DNA of 18,303 nucleotides from Synechococcus sp. (GCA_051439425.1 JBFRWD010000060.1:1-18303), one strand, 5' to 3'; counted from the stretch's first letter, positions 7,530 through 16,420 are shown. Notes: generated by a model not told the origin, from the letters alone. Numbers and translations: made by a program.

Positions 7530-9662
7530 CTAACGAGAAAAGCTCTTCTTGGCAGCAGGTATTGGAGCCGCAACCGGAGACCCTAGAGGCACCATCGACG
7601 TGGTGCTCTGTGCAGTGGAGCCCAGACGCATATTGCGGAGAGCCAAACCACCGGGGGTAACGTAGCGCTCGTAAGGTACTGTGTCTTCGCCGAATACAGT
7701 CTCGTATTCTTTGCTATCAACCATGGCATCCACAACTGCGTAGAAACCATCCTTAGATGCAATATCGAAGTAAGCGTTGATTTCTTGACGGCCCTTGGTG
7801 GGACGACCCAGCAGCTTGCGGTGCATGTACTCAATAGCCTTCACAACATAGAGGGTAGACCAGTACTTGTCACGGAACAGCTTGGACTTAGTCAACTGGC
7901 GGACAAACTCGCGAACTGTGATGTCACCGTTCTCCAGCTTGTTTTCCCACACATCCAAGCGCTGACCACTGTAGGGTTCAAAACCATAGACCCGCACGTA
8001 GCAAGCTCGCAATACCTGCTGTGCAGAAGCTTCACTACCGGTGGCACCAGAACGGTTACCAATCGAGAAACTACGCTTGGAAGGAATGTCGTTGAGGCGA
8101 ATCACCGTCGGAACCAAGCGGCTGGTGCGGAAGGTGGGGCCATCAGTAGCAGCGTTGGAGAATTCGGGACGGATGCCGCTGGATACCAGCAGACGCTGAA
8201 CATCTTTATTGATCAAAGCAGGGCGATCGCTGGGGTTGATAGTGTCTTTCGGGAAGATGGCACCAAACTGAATTTCCAACCCATCATTGCCCTTACCGTA
8301 GGCATGCTGATCGGGCAGCGGGCCACTGTAGTCAGAGAACAGAGTGATGAACTGAGGTACCTTACGGCGGGGGGCCGAGAAGTTGTAGAGGTTAAACTTC
8401 GCTCCCCAGTTGGCGCTAGTCTGAGCTTCCACACCTAGCTTGCGCAGGTAGGGGACAGTCTCTTCACCGAAGTAATCACCATACTCAGCGCTATCGACGA
8501 TGGCATCGACCAATGCCGCCAGTCCCTTTTTGGTGACGATCTCGAAATAGGCGGAGAATTCTTCAGTGGTTTCGGGGGCACGGCCTAAGAAGTGGCGAAA
8601 CGCCAGTTCTACGACGCGGCTGTTGACGAACGGCTCGTAAAACTCCTTGCGATATGCAGGAGACTTACCCAAACGACGGACGAATTCTTTAACGGAGATG
8701 TCGCCGTTCTTGACCTTGGATTCTAGGTCGCTAACGCTGGTACCGTAAGCGCGGCGGACATCCCGCTCGAACACCTGACGGTAGGTAGCTTTAATGACCG
8801 ACTGCTTTTCCTGTTCGGTCATGCCGGGCTTCATGGTGAACTTGAGCACTTGCTCGGCAGCCGCGTTATAAATCTCGGGCAATTGTAAACCCTGCAGCTT
8901 AACGCCAGTATTAGCCTTGCGCTGACGGATTTGATTGGAGGGAGCAGGAGCGTCAAATTCGGTGAGAGCAACGTCGAAATATTGGTTGGAAACCGCCAAA
9001 GCATCGGGAGCGTCCTTAAACAGGTTGGCGGCGGTTTGCTTCATGACGCGCAAGGCCACCAGGGTGGACTCGGTGGAGCAGGCTTCTTCGATAATCTCGC
9101 GCAGGCTGCGGGTGTTGTTGGCCAAAATACTGGGATCGCCCGCCACGATCGCGTAGGTGATGTATCGCAGGAACCAAGCCATATCTCGCAAGGACTTGGT
9201 CATGTTGGAGACGCCGTAGCGGTTGACGTCGATGGGGCGGAAACCAGGGGGAACCTGAACGGCGGTCGCACCAAACAAATCCCGTATGGCAAACCCAAAA
9301 CCGCCACCGGAAGACACGACGAAGTCCGTACCCAGTGCGGTGGCATCGCCGCTACCGGTCTGAACCATGTTGGCGATCGCTTCCGGCTCGACTTCTTCAG
9401 GCTTTTCGAGGTAAGCCATGGCCGTACCGCCCGTAAAAATGCGTCCGGCAGCGCTACTGACAATATTTTCGTAATTTTCGGAAATCACCTGGGCAACCTG
9501 GAGGCGCAATTGGCCACCACGGTAAAAATCTGTCAGCCGCTCTAATTCGGTTGAATTGGGGAAGCGATCCTGCTGCTCTGCTTGGGAAATAGTGGAGACT
9601 GCAACAGTTTGGTAAAGGCGAGGACGAGAGACAACCGTACCTGCTGACGCGTTAATGCCCAT
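7530..9662 (-). CDS. apcE: Phycobilisome core-membrane linker (LCM) with two REP domains
   Basis: N-terminal PRLYQTV..STISQAEQQDRF; phycobiliprotein domain with loop insertion, KSLRDMAWFLRY and chromophore Cys in REIIEEACS; two linker REP domains ending FGEETVPYLR and FGEDTVPYER. RBS AGGGAG upstream. Confidence 0.97.
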   Translation of the reverse strand: MGINASAGTVVSRPRLYQTVAVSTISQAEQQDRFPNSTELERLTDFYRGGQLRLQVAQVISENYENIVSSAAGRIFTGGTAMAYLEKPEEVEPEAIANMVQTGSGDATALGTDFVVSSGGGFGFAIRDLFGATAVQVPPGFRPIDVNRYGVSNMTKSLRDMAWFLRYITYAIVAGDPSILANNTRSLREIIEEACSTESTLVALRVMKQTAANLFKDAPDALAVSNQYFDVALTEFDAPAPSNQIRQRKANTGVKLQGLQLPEIYNAAAEQVLKFTMKPGMTEQEKQSVIKATYRQVFERDVRRAYGTSVSDLESKVKNGDISVKEFVRRLGKSPAYRKEFYEPFVNSRVVELAFRHFLGRAPETTEEFSAYFEIVTKKGLAALVDAIVDSAEYGDYFGEETVPYLRKLGVEAQTSANWGAKFNLYNFSAPRRKVPQFITLFSDYSGPLPDQHAYGKGNDGLEIQFGAIFPKDTINPSDRPALINKDVQRLLVSSGIRPEFSNAATDGPTFRTSRLVPTVIRLNDIPSKRSFSIGNRSGATGSEASAQQVLRACYVRVYGFEPYSGQRLDVWENKLENGDITVREFVRQLTKSKLFRDKYWSTLYVVKAIEYMHRKLLGRPTKGRQEINAYFDIASKDGFYAVVDAMVDSKEYETVFGEDTVPYERYVTPGGLALRNMRLGSTAQSTTSMVPLGSPVAAPIPAAKKSFSR

Positions 9663-9898
9663 CGATATGTAAACTCCCTGTTTTATGCCAATTGGGCGCA
9701 GCCAGAAGGGAAACCGCCAGCCACACCAGATTTATTAAGCTGTTTTTCATTCTACGCCTCTCCGAGACTTCGTTTGGGCCAACATCGACCTCTCAATTTC
9801 GAGGGGATGTCCTGCCCCAAATCGGCGCGGATAAAGGCATAGAGAGATGTCCAGACAGGTTCCAGAATACAGGTGCGGTTCGAGCGTCTGCGGGCTTT

Positions 9899-9916
9899 GT
9901 TGCATGTTGTTACAAA
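9899..9916. promoter_or_regulatory. Putative HLR1 (RpaB-binding) element upstream of apcE
   Basis: GTTGCATG-TT-GTTACAAA versus consensus (G/T)TTACA(T/A)(T/A)-N2-repeat: one half perfect, the other with 2 mismatches. Candidate minus-strand -10 TATTCT at 9869-9864. Confidence 0.45.
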
Positions 9917-10224
9917 GATGAGGACACCGGCCCCATGCAGACTTATCCGCGCTCTCAGCCCATCATCGTTCCGCATTGAGGGCCGTAGGAAGAGTCCTTG
10001 CCGGACAACCGTAGCCTGCACGACAGCACATCGGTATCTGAGAATGACCAGCCAACTTCAACAGCGGTATAGCCCTTGCTATATCTCTCGATTGGGGAAT
10101 GGGTACCGTGAGTGCAGTGAATACAGCCAGACAACAATACAACTCTGAGAGGACTCAGATTGGATAACTACTTCGCTGGCTGAAATAACGTCTCGCAAAC
10201 CGATCGCTACCGAGAAACTAGGGT

Positions 10225-10542
10225 ATGGACTTACCACTGAATCCTGAAAACATGCTGGTCCAAATGTGGAATCGTAGGGAGGAACCTCGTACCTTTCAAG
10301 GGGCGGGGTTGGTCCTAAACCTACGAGTGCAATCAGAAAATGGCCTGATTCAGATGTCAGGACTGGCGACCGATGGCTCGTTAACCGGCGTCGGGGTGGT
10401 GGTCGTGGCCGACGCACCCTTGTACGAGGGTGATGCTTGCACGGTGAGCATGGGGCGTGGAGAACCCATCGCCGCCAAGATCGTTTGGATTGAAGAACTC
10501 GATCGCAGCATCCTGAGATTGGGGCTGGAATATTTGGTCTAG
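10225..10542 (+). CDS. Single-domain PilZ-like protein
   Basis: RxxxR (REEPR) and DxSxxG (DGSLTG) c-di-GMP-binding motifs, followed by a beta-rich body ending AKIVW...RLGLEY. Confidence 0.75.
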   Translation: MDLPLNPENMLVQMWNRREEPRTFQGAGLVLNLRVQSENGLIQMSGLATDGSLTGVGVVVVADAPLYEGDACTVSMGRGEPIAAKIVWIEELDRSILRLGLEYLV

Positions 10543-10685
10543 CAAGGCTGGAGAACCGATCGATGACTCATTTGCCTACAGCGATCGGCGGCCACCCCAA
10601 CCCACTGCTCGGAGTCTGAGAGCCAATCGAGATAGCCGCCACCGTACCTGTCGTGTGCAGCATTCAGTCCTGTGGCATGAAAATA

Positions 10686-10788
10686 TATAGCTGTCGGCAA
10701 TCAGCTATGGAGAATCCTCAAGCCATTTTTTCGTAAATCAAGGGTTTGAGCTGTCTCAACACTCCAGACCTTACAGCGAATTGCCATA
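10686..10788. mobile_element. MITE-like dispersed repeat, copy 1 (103 bp)
   Basis: Aligns end to end with 13857-13961 (shared blocks gcaatcagctatggag, agggtttgagctg, cagaccttacagcg). Ends are TATAGC...GCCATA. Confidence 0.7.
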
Positions 10789-10798
10789 CACCTCAGTC

Positions 10799-13000
10799 CT
10801 AAACTAGAGGCTGGTTGTCGGTGCGACGCACAGCCACAACAGCAGGGCGCGGTGCCGCATTGGCAATTTTGGCCGGCCAGTTGGAACCGATGGGAACCTC
10901 GCGCTTTTGCATAAAAGGAGTGCCGCCCGTGGTACGCATTTCGTATTCGCGCACCTCGGATGCCATATCCTGCCGGGTACCGTTGACTTCGCCGGGGTGC
11001 TGAGCAGCCAGGAATAAAGTGCGATTGTCTGCAGTCACGAAGGGGCCGGTCATTTCACAGTCCATCGGTCCGTAAGCAAACAGATACGCTTGTCCGGCAT
11101 TCTCTCCAGACGTGGGGATGAACCAAATGGAGTTATTACCAAACAGACCGCGCAGGCTGGACTGGCTCAACGGATCTCCCTCGTCATCCACTCGACCGGC
11201 AGGAACCGCTGTGTTTTGACGGCTGCTGGACATGTCCGTCACCATCCACAGGTTTCCGTTACCGTCAAACTCCAGATTATCGGGGTTAGAGAAGCCCAAT
11301 CCTCCCTCGGCAGGCTCGCCCCCCACGGCGGCTTGCTCCCAGGTGAACGTCATCGCTGCGGGGGCATTATCATCCTCCATCAGCTTGAAGATCCAACCGT
11401 GCTCGTAAGCAGCACCCTCAACGCTGAAGATCGTTTTGTTTGGGCCACCGTCGCTGCCGGGGCTACCGGAAGTAAAGGCAATAAACAGGCTACCGTCGGG
11501 GGCTAAGTCTGTGTCTTCGGGACGGGCGGTGGTGGTGGCTCCTGCGGCGTTAGCAGCGTAGTGGGCGTCGATTAGAATGGCCCCTTGCTTCTCGTCAACA
11601 GAGCCCTCGTAGAGATCCGCAAGAGTAGAGAACCGATCGCTAAATGCATCAATCTCAGCATCAGACGTGGCTTTGAACACTCCCCCTTCAGGACGCTGGG
11701 GCAGCACCACTAACGGTTCGTTGTCGTCTCCGAAGACTTCGCTGGGACGGACGGGGTTCACGGGGGTATCGGGATTGAGGGCAATCCATTCGCCGGTACC
11801 GTCTGCATAGAACTTGGCGGCATAGAGCATGCCGTCGCTCATCAACGCAGAGTTACCTTTATCAGTCGGGTCTGAAACAGAGTCTGTACTGACAAATTTG
11901 TAGACATGACCGCTGCGGCGATCGCATCCCGAATACACGGCCAGCGGAGCACCAGCTTCAGCGCGGATGGCAACAGCTTCGTGGCGGAAGCGGCCCAGCC
12001 AGGTGTGCTTGGTACCGAAGTCATCGGGATTGGCAGGGTCAACTTCAACCATCCAGCCGTACTTATTTCCGGCAAGGCCAAAGGTATTGCCGTGGCCGAT
12101 AAAGACTCCGTCACCAACGAAGACAGGCGATTCGGCAGGGCTGGGGGAGGAACCGTCCGCGAAGACAGGTTCGACCACTTGGCTTTGGAAATTTTCTTCA
12201 GCGCTCAGAACAGTCCCCCAAGGGGTGGTGCCACCGGAGCAGTTCGCGAAGGTACCGATAATCTGTGCTCCGAGGCCGTCGTCGTAGCCTTGACGATCGA
12301 CTTTTTCGAAGATGGCGACGGCTGGACCAGTGGCCTTGAGATAGCGACCATCTTCTAGGCCGGAGATGCCGGTAATGCGGCGATCGCTCTCAGAAAAAGT
12401 CCGCTCCCAACTGCCGTCTGCAGTGCGGCGGATAGAGATCACCCCCATGCCTTGGTCGATCATGGCTTCGCGAGCAACGGGCAGCAACTCTGCCTTGACC
12501 GGATCGCTGTCATCGAGGCTGAAGACGTCAATGGCTCCGTCTTCGGAGAGAGCGGCCATGACAGTGCCGAGTTCAACGGAACCACCAATCACCTTCGAGA
12601 AGGTAGCCAGCCAAGTGGCACCGCTGATGTATTCAAAGTTGATGGTGAGGAAGCCCTCGCCGGGGGAGGTCTCGACAAAGGAGAGGTAGTCGTTGTTGTA
12701 GCCAAAGCGGGAATCGCCGACTTCATCTCCCCAAGCAGCAACGATGTCGTAGGTGTAGCCTGCGGGCAAGACGACATCATCGGAGACGGTAAATTCCGAG
12801 TAGGCCTCAATTTGGGGGGCATCCCCTTCGATACCGCTAGTCAGAATGGGCATAGCGCCCAACAGGGTAGGAAAGGGGATGGACGCTGCGGAGACGGCTC
12901 CCATCTCCGAGAAATCAGGCCATGGAGTGAAAGTGGAGGCCGCAGAGGCACCAGCGCTGACGCCCAACATCATCAAAAAATGTCTGCGATTGAATTTCAT
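10799..13000 (-). CDS. phoX: PhoX-family (DUF839) alkaline phosphatase, Tat-exported
   Basis: Tat signal FNRRHFL; motifs FGYNND, NFEY, GTFANCSGGTTPWGTVLSAEENF, LGRFRHEA, ARPED, NPDNL, EMTGP, QHPGE. Confidence 0.93.
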   Translation of the reverse strand: MKFNRRHFLMMLGVSAGASAASTFTPWPDFSEMGAVSAASIPFPTLLGAMPILTSGIEGDAPQIEAYSEFTVSDDVVLPAGYTYDIVAAWGDEVGDSRFGYNNDYLSFVETSPGEGFLTINFEYISGATWLATFSKVIGGSVELGTVMAALSEDGAIDVFSLDDSDPVKAELLPVAREAMIDQGMGVISIRRTADGSWERTFSESDRRITGISGLEDGRYLKATGPAVAIFEKVDRQGYDDGLGAQIIGTFANCSGGTTPWGTVLSAEENFQSQVVEPVFADGSSPSPAESPVFVGDGVFIGHGNTFGLAGNKYGWMVEVDPANPDDFGTKHTWLGRFRHEAVAIRAEAGAPLAVYSGCDRRSGHVYKFVSTDSVSDPTDKGNSALMSDGMLYAAKFYADGTGEWIALNPDTPVNPVRPSEVFGDDNEPLVVLPQRPEGGVFKATSDAEIDAFSDRFSTLADLYEGSVDEKQGAILIDAHYAANAAGATTTARPEDTDLAPDGSLFIAFTSGSPGSDGGPNKTIFSVEGAAYEHGWIFKLMEDDNAPAAMTFTWEQAAVGGEPAEGGLGFSNPDNLEFDGNGNLWMVTDMSSSRQNTAVPAGRVDDEGDPLSQSSLRGLFGNNSIWFIPTSGENAGQAYLFAYGPMDCEMTGPFVTADNRTLFLAAQHPGEVNGTRQDMASEVREYEMRTTGGTPFMQKREVPIGSNWPAKIANAAPRPAVVAVRRTDNQPLV

Positions 13001-13057
13001 GGGTTTGACAGGTCAATCTCTGTTACCAGCCATCCTGCAGGACGTTGGTGTGGATTG

Positions 13058-13076
13058 GGGTTATGGCCGGGTTAAG
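13058..13076 (-). promoter_or_regulatory. Putative Pho box (SphR/PhoB site) upstream of phoX
   Basis: Minus strand CTTAACCC-ggc-CATAACCC with 11-bp periodicity, resembling the cyanobacterial PyTTAAPyPy(T/A) repeat; 57 bp upstream of the phoX ATG. Confidence 0.65.
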
Positions 13077-13082
13077 TGGATT

Positions 13083-13817
13083 CTAAAAATATAATTCGGG
13101 TGTTTTGGGTAGCGGTGACATCCAGGGGACGCGAATGCCAGCCGCTTTTAGTGTTTGACCGGCCCAGGAATTGCAGGTGTTGAATAGGTGATACCATCCG
13201 CGAGATTCAAAAAAGGTATCTGTTGACGAGTAGGAATAGCCTGGAATGGGAATTGGATGTCCGGCGTCGTCAAGGGCGAGCGATCGCCTCATAACAGCAA
13301 CCAGTTGTTGGTATTGATCGGGGGAGATCGTGACCGATGCAGCCCCTTCGAATAGCTCGGGGCGAGTGAAGGTGACGTGCAAGCAAGAGGGGGTGGGCCA
13401 AAATAGCGCTTTGGCTGCAGTTAAGAGTTTAAAGTCGGCCCATGTCTGTGTTTCGAGAAAGAAGCCTCGGTCTCCCCATCCCATCGCAACATGAGAGTAG
13501 GCGGAAACATCGCTGGGGAAGTTGAGCTTGTCGAAGTGGTTTAGCCAGTCCATTTCGTCAGTGCGGACTGGAACGATGATGTCAGCATGTATGGCGTTAG
13601 AAATCACAGCAATTTCCACGCCATCTGATGTAGGAGAGAAGCCGTTGTTGACGGGTATTAACCCGATCGCCAGAATCGCCAACAATAGCAGCAGTCCACC
13701 GAGCCCCCATCTGGCCAGCCGTTGTCTCCAGCCAGAGCGTCTCAGGTTGTCGCTTTTTTGAGAGCGGTGAAAGTTTTGCTGGTTGGGCATGGGGGCTGCA
13801 AGGGTGGCATCGGACAA
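13083..13817 (-). CDS. DUF2459 / TIGR02117-family protein; start uncertain (TTG 13817 or ATG 13790)
   Basis: N-terminal TM anchor; motifs SNAIHADIIVP, MGWGDRGFFLET.TW and YHLFNTCNSW...LKAAG. Confidence 0.8.
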   Translation of the reverse strand: MSDATLAAPMPNQQNFHRSQKSDNLRRSGWRQRLARWGLGGLLLLLAILAIGLIPVNNGFSPTSDGVEIAVISNAIHADIIVPVRTDEMDWLNHFDKLNFPSDVSAYSHVAMGWGDRGFFLETQTWADFKLLTAAKALFWPTPSCLHVTFTRPELFEGAASVTISPDQYQQLVAVMRRSLALDDAGHPIPIPGYSYSSTDTFFESRGWYHLFNTCNSWAGQTLKAAGIRVPWMSPLPKTPELYF

Positions 13818-13856
13818 ATTGCCAGACAGATGTCCGGAACGGTTTTGCTAAGTTCG

Positions 13857-13961
13857 TATAGCTTTCTGCAATCAGCTATGGAGGTGCCTCTAGCGATTTT
13901 TCTCAGTCGATCTAGGGTTTGAGCTGGCCTCGTACTTCAGACCTTACAGCGGATTGCTATA
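13857..13961. mobile_element. MITE-like dispersed repeat, copy 2 (105 bp)
   Basis: Imperfect terminal inverted repeats TATAGCTTTCTGC / GCGGATTGCTATA (10 of 13 match), with TA at both ends. Same orientation as copy 1. Confidence 0.7.
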
Positions 13962-14067
13962 CAACCTGGTGGTGGCTTGACAGTGGCGATCGCGGTGCAG
14001 TACTGACTAAGTATCGCGGCTAGTTCTAGCACGGTTACGTTTCCAGCACTTTTTCTCCGAGACTTTT

Positions 14068-14532
14068 ATGGAACCCCAGACCACGAGCCCTGACACGGCA
14101 CTATCGCTTCCTCAAAAGTTTCTAGGGTCTAGCCTTCCGGATAATGCTGCTGTGCAAGCGATTTGGTTGGTGGCCCGATTGTTTGTGGGGGTGTTGATGG
14201 TTCACAACGGCTTCAGCAAGCTTGAGGACGTACAAGGGTTTGCGGATAACGTTGTGACGTTAATTGGGCTGCCGTTCCCGGTATTTTTCACGTATTGTGC
14301 CGCTTACGTTGAGATTGTCAGTTCTGGGTTGCTGGCGCTTGGGTTGCTGACCCGCTTAAATGCCTTAGCGTTGTTGGGCACAATGGGCGTCGCTATTTTG
14401 TTTCACCTCAAGGCTGACGGGCTGCAGGTTTCTCCGCTAGAAACGGCGTCTTTGTACGCGACTTTGTATGCGCTGTACTTCGTTTACGGTGGTGGCAAGT
14501 GGTCATTGGATGCGCTGATTGCCAAGCAGTAA
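14068..14532 (+). CDS. DoxX-family membrane protein
   Basis: RLFVGVLMVHNGFSKL, E..SGLLALGLLTR and GGGKWSLD motifs; four TM segments. Confidence 0.9.
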   Translation: MEPQTTSPDTALSLPQKFLGSSLPDNAAVQAIWLVARLFVGVLMVHNGFSKLEDVQGFADNVVTLIGLPFPVFFTYCAAYVEIVSSGLLALGLLTRLNALALLGTMGVAILFHLKADGLQVSPLETASLYATLYALYFVYGGGKWSLDALIAKQ

Positions 14533-14605
14533 TTGACTAAACACTGGCGATTGAAAGTGCTTTGTCGGTTGGATGTGCTGGTGAGTAATTGAAGTGAGTG
14601 GGATG

Positions 14606-15526
14606 TCAGGCCTGACTGTCTGCGATTTTCTCATCGTCTTTGTTCGTCCATTCTGCGAACCAAGAATTGTTTTCAACGGAGATGGCGTCTTCAAATTTGC
14701 GGACGTAGGAGCCGACTTTTTGGGCTTTTTCGTCGTCTGGTAGCCGATACCAGGCATTAGCGATCCACTTGAGCCGTCGAGCGGTGAGGGTGTAGCTGGT
14801 CATGAGGTAGCGGTATCGACCGGCAAAGGTGAAGGCTGCTATTGCGCCTGAAATGGTTCCTATGACGGCAACCCAGGCCGCAGACCAATCGATATCGGCG
14901 GCACTGATGCCTCCTAAAACTGCACCCGATAGACCGAGCACGAAGCTGATGGATTTGAGCAGTGTCAGCATACGTTGGGAGGCGATCGCCTTGGGCTCGT
15001 AGTATGTTTCGATTTGATCGGTGACTCGTTGCTTTAAGTAGTCATCCATTGAGAACCAGTTTTTAGGCAGATTCTCCCGTTTCTCGTCTTCTGTTAGCGA
15101 AACAGGTTCTGCCAAAAGCTCCCCTAGAATTTCCTGCATTTTGCTCGACAGTTTTTCGTCGCGGTCTGGGCCGTTGTAGGGGGGAGCTTGGACGAGGTAG
15201 ATGTATGCCTGAGATTTGAGGGCTTCGGCTTGAGAACGGGCCACAACCCACTGTTTTTCGTATTGGGAGTCGAGGATGTGGTTACTGAGGAAGGCGGCGA
15301 CGCCGAGAAAGATGGCACTGGCTACGGCAAAGATTTTTGAAAGCTGTTCTAGGGTGTCTAACTGGCTAGCCAGGACGCCCAGAATTGCACCGGTTACGAC
15401 CAGTAATAGGCCGGAGATGCGATATGCATCCACTTTTCGTTTAAGCTGTCGCGATCGCTTGGCGGCTCTGCGATATTCCTCCCAGACGAGTAAGAGATCC
15501 TGGCTGAAGGGTGGCTCTGCAGGCAT
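14606..15526 (-). CDS. Tandem SLATT-domain (DUF4231-like) four-TM protein
   Basis: Two 2-TM modules, with W..ARSQAEALKSQAYIY..APPY after the first pair, YLKQRVTDQI..YY..KA before the second pair and FEDAISVENNSW at the end. ATG 15526 has GGAG upstream; the track uses GTG 15538. Confidence 0.78.
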   Translation of the reverse strand: MPAEPPFSQDLLLVWEEYRRAAKRSRQLKRKVDAYRISGLLLVVTGAILGVLASQLDTLEQLSKIFAVASAIFLGVAAFLSNHILDSQYEKQWVVARSQAEALKSQAYIYLVQAPPYNGPDRDEKLSSKMQEILGELLAEPVSLTEDEKRENLPKNWFSMDDYLKQRVTDQIETYYEPKAIASQRMLTLLKSISFVLGLSGAVLGGISAADIDWSAAWVAVIGTISGAIAAFTFAGRYRYLMTSYTLTARRLKWIANAWYRLPDDEKAQKVGSYVRKFEDAISVENNSWFAEWTNKDDEKIADSQA

Positions 15527-15705
15527 TTCGTACTCCACGAGCGAGGTTATGTGGCAAGAGCTGTAACTAACAATTAGTGGATGCAGTCCAGCATTGGGTG
15601 GCTGCTACTTGGGGTTGTCCCATTTAGTTGTTCTATTTTTATGGGCGATCGCGTCCCGCGCCACAGGATATCCCCTCATTTAAGTGTGCGATCTTCACTC
15701 AGCTA

Positions 15706-16134
15706 TCAAGTTGTGCTTTGCTGCCAGGGATTGAGGAGCTTGACTCCTGTTCGTTCAAAGTCTTCGGTGTTTCGGGTCACGACGGTGAGGCTGTGGACTA
15801 GGGCTGTGGCGGCAATCAATGCATCGTAATCGGGAATGGGGTTGGGGGCGTGGAGGGTGGCGCAGCGGCGAGCGATATCAGCGGTGATGGGAATGGTGCG
15901 CTCTGCATACTGTGGCAGCACCCGGTCTTCGAACCATTGCCGGAGAATCTTGCCTTCAGATCGATCTTTGCGTTCGGCTAAGAGGATGCCGCGCTCTAGC
16001 TCAAATAGTGTGATGACTGAAATGTAGGTCTGTTCGCCTGGGGTGGCTTTGGCCCATTGTTCGACGTTGGGGTTGGCGGATTGGCTGCCGACTTTGCGTA
16101 GCTCGGAGACGACGTTGGTATCGAGCAGAAACAT
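15706..16134 (-). CDS. vapC: PIN-domain type II toxin
   Basis: FLLDTNVVSELRK, SVITLFEL..G and DALIAATALVHSLTVVTRN..DF motifs. Start overlaps the antitoxin stop (TAATG). Confidence 0.95.
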   Translation of the reverse strand: MFLLDTNVVSELRKVGSQSANPNVEQWAKATPGEQTYISVITLFELERGILLAERKDRSEGKILRQWFEDRVLPQYAERTIPITADIARRCATLHAPNPIPDYDALIAATALVHSLTVVTRNTEDFERTGVKLLNPWQQSTT

Positions 16135-16394
16135 TACGTCAGGTCAACCTCTCGGGGGGTGACGTTTGTCGTGCGGGTGGGGTCAAATTCGATGTCGGCG
16201 CTTTCGGGCATGGCTAGCATGTCGGCCACGCTTTCGGTGGTGCCCAAGAGTCGGTAGTAGTCTTCTACTGTTAGCAGGACATGGGCTGGGGTACCTCTGT
16301 CTGTAATGAAGACGGGGCCATCTTCGGCGGCTCGCTTGGCTCCGCTGACATCTTGATTGAATTCACGGCTGGATATCGTTTTTAGAGTGCTCAT
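16134..16394 (-). CDS. Phd/YefM-family antitoxin
   Basis: TISSREFNQDVSGAKRAAEDGPVFITDRGTPAHVLL; translationally coupled to vapC. ATG 16394 is preferred because the track's start at 16412 lies inside the operator palindrome. Confidence 0.9.
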   Translation of the reverse strand: MSTLKTISSREFNQDVSGAKRAAEDGPVFITDRGTPAHVLLTVEDYYRLLGTTESVADMLAMPESADIEFDPTRTTNVTPREVDLT

Positions 16395-16400
16395 CTCGGA

Positions 16401-16420
16401 ATGTAGCAACATGACTACAT
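16401..16420. promoter_or_regulatory. Putative toxin-antitoxin autoregulatory operator
   Basis: Palindrome ATGTAG-caacatga-CTACAT, 6 bp upstream of the antitoxin ATG. Confidence 0.65.

Larger units (their letters stand above)
4515..15652. repeat. HIP1 octamers (GCGATCGC), at least 13 dispersed copies
   Basis: Found at 4515, 6091, 6997, 7186, 8223, 9373, 11918, 12380, 13280, 13986, 14982, 15451 and 15645. Confidence 0.9.

Noticed and set aside
7785..9545. Long plus-strand ORFs (217 aa, 204 aa) opposite apcE
   Set aside because: Antisense shadows of a codon-biased gene; no motifs.
7530..9662. Far-red (FaRLiP) ApcE2
   Set aside because: The chromophore Cys motif EEACS is present, the VIPEDV-type motif is absent and there are no rfp or paralogous photosystem genes nearby.
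9692..10417. Short ORFs in the apcE-PilZ intergenic region
   Set aside because: Mutually overlapping, with no motif support; more likely promoter and leader sequence.
10815..13094. Several ORFs overlapping phoX
   Set aside because: Antisense or alternative-frame shadows with no recognisable features.
13977..14015. TTGACA and a TACT-N5-AGTA palindrome upstream of DoxX
   Set aside because: No convincing -10 at canonical spacing, and the palindrome is too short to distinguish from chance.
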